A DNA stretch of 64,000 bases, taken from NCBI GenBank assembly GCA_964599455.1, contig CAZREA010000001.1, positions 199,687 through 263,686 on the forward strand. Direction: 5' to 3'. The stretch is from an uncultured Gammaproteobacteria bacterium. GTDB taxonomy: Bacteria; Patescibacteriota; Patescibacteriia; UBA9934. Every line of letters begins with the position of its first letter. Position 1 is the stretch's first letter. The notes beneath the pieces are model-generated. The model had not been told where the DNA came from. It did no database searches and saw only the letters and a program-made list of their open reading frames with translations. This document shows positions 62,589 to 64,000 of the stretch, in pieces. A program made the position numbers and the translations under genes.

Positions 62589-63359
62589 TTACAAAAAGTA
62601 TTTCCACGTCAATAACACAATCCCTACAATCGACAAAGCAATCGAAAGGAGCTTGGCATGCGTATCAGACATCTTTTCCAGAAATCGCTTGCCGTATGCT
62701 TGAATAGGAATAAGACAAGGAGCGGTGATAAGGATAAAAATCAAATCCAGATGGGTAAGCCGATTATGGAGAAGTAAAATCGATCCTGAAATAAAGAAAT
62801 TTATCAAACCCGCACATGACGAAACTCCGCGCACGGATAGCTCACTGATCTTTGTTCGTAAATAATTATTTCGTATATCAGATCCGGGCATTCCCGAACT
62901 TTGTAAAAATCCCGTAAGAAGAAAAACAAACGACTCAGGGAGCATGTCTTTTTTCTGCAAAGATTTCTTTTGAGAAAAAATTCCCTTCAGGGCTTTATAG
63001 ATGAAATGCAGTGATGTGAAAATGACAATGGCAATTAATATCTGGGTATTGATATAGACAATGAGATATCCACCCGCAAGAGCACCGATAATCGTATAAG
63101 GGAGAAGTCTTTTGAGAAGAGTAATGTTTTGTTGTTCATGAAAAATCTCCTTACGAAACAAATACACTCGATGAATACCATTGATAAAAAAGAGATACGC
63201 ACCAATCCCAATTGCCCGCTGTGGATCAATAAAAAATGCCGTCACCGGCGTGACAATCGCCGAACCGGACAGAGGAGCGATGATATTTATGAAAGTCGTA
63301 ATGAGGAGCCAGAGAAAAACGAAGAGATAGTTCAAGGGAAAAAGTAAAAGGTCATCCAT
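62589..63359 (-). CDS. TauE/SafE-like (TSUP) transporter
   Basis: About 8 TM helices; internal two-repeat pattern. Confidence 0.65.
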   Translation of the reverse strand: MDDLLLFPLNYLFVFLWLLITTFINIIAPLSGSAIVTPVTAFFIDPQRAIGIGAYLFFINGIHRVYLFRKEIFHEQQNITLLKRLLPYTIIGALAGGYLIVYINTQILIAIVIFTSLHFIYKALKGIFSQKKSLQKKDMLPESFVFLLTGFLQSSGMPGSDIRNNYLRTKISELSVRGVSSCAGLINFFISGSILLLHNRLTHLDLIFILITAPCLIPIQAYGKRFLEKMSDTHAKLLSIALSIVGIVLLTWKYFL

Positions 63360-63365
63360 ATTTCC

Positions 63366-64000
<635 letters not shown>

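Overview
Bacterial chromosome segment, most likely a Patescibacteria (CPR) genome of the Parcubacteria/ABY1 type. This is inferred from gene content: pilM/pilD, archaeal-type ProRS, DUF5654, Gmad2 and DUF192 proteins, and few biosynthetic genes. Standard code 11. Housekeeping genes include typA, rpoD, dnaG, proS, lgt, gatAC, ligA, secA, murBC, glyA, folD, dnaB, recR, rplU, a Clp ATPase and partial tgt, plus three canonical tRNAs and a Doc-type TA pair. The main unexplained structure is a two-tier gene architecture. Many native genes have a -10 box only 7-10 nt upstream of the ATG and no Shine-Dalgarno (SD). In contrast, 13 dispersed single-gene units, mostly ORFans and mostly GC-rich, usually have their own sigma70-type promoter (several with a related spacer) and often a structured leader; all 12 complete units have an SD and a hairpin 3' trailer. 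Two ORF-less structured RNAs use the same promoter type, and one presents a perfect 16S-type anti-SD (UCACCUCCUU) in a hairpin loop. There is also an atypical tRNA with an alanine acceptor stem (G3:U70) and a degenerate UGG anticodon arm, 4.5 kb from a FemX-like gene. All calls were made by eye; no database searches or folding programs were run.
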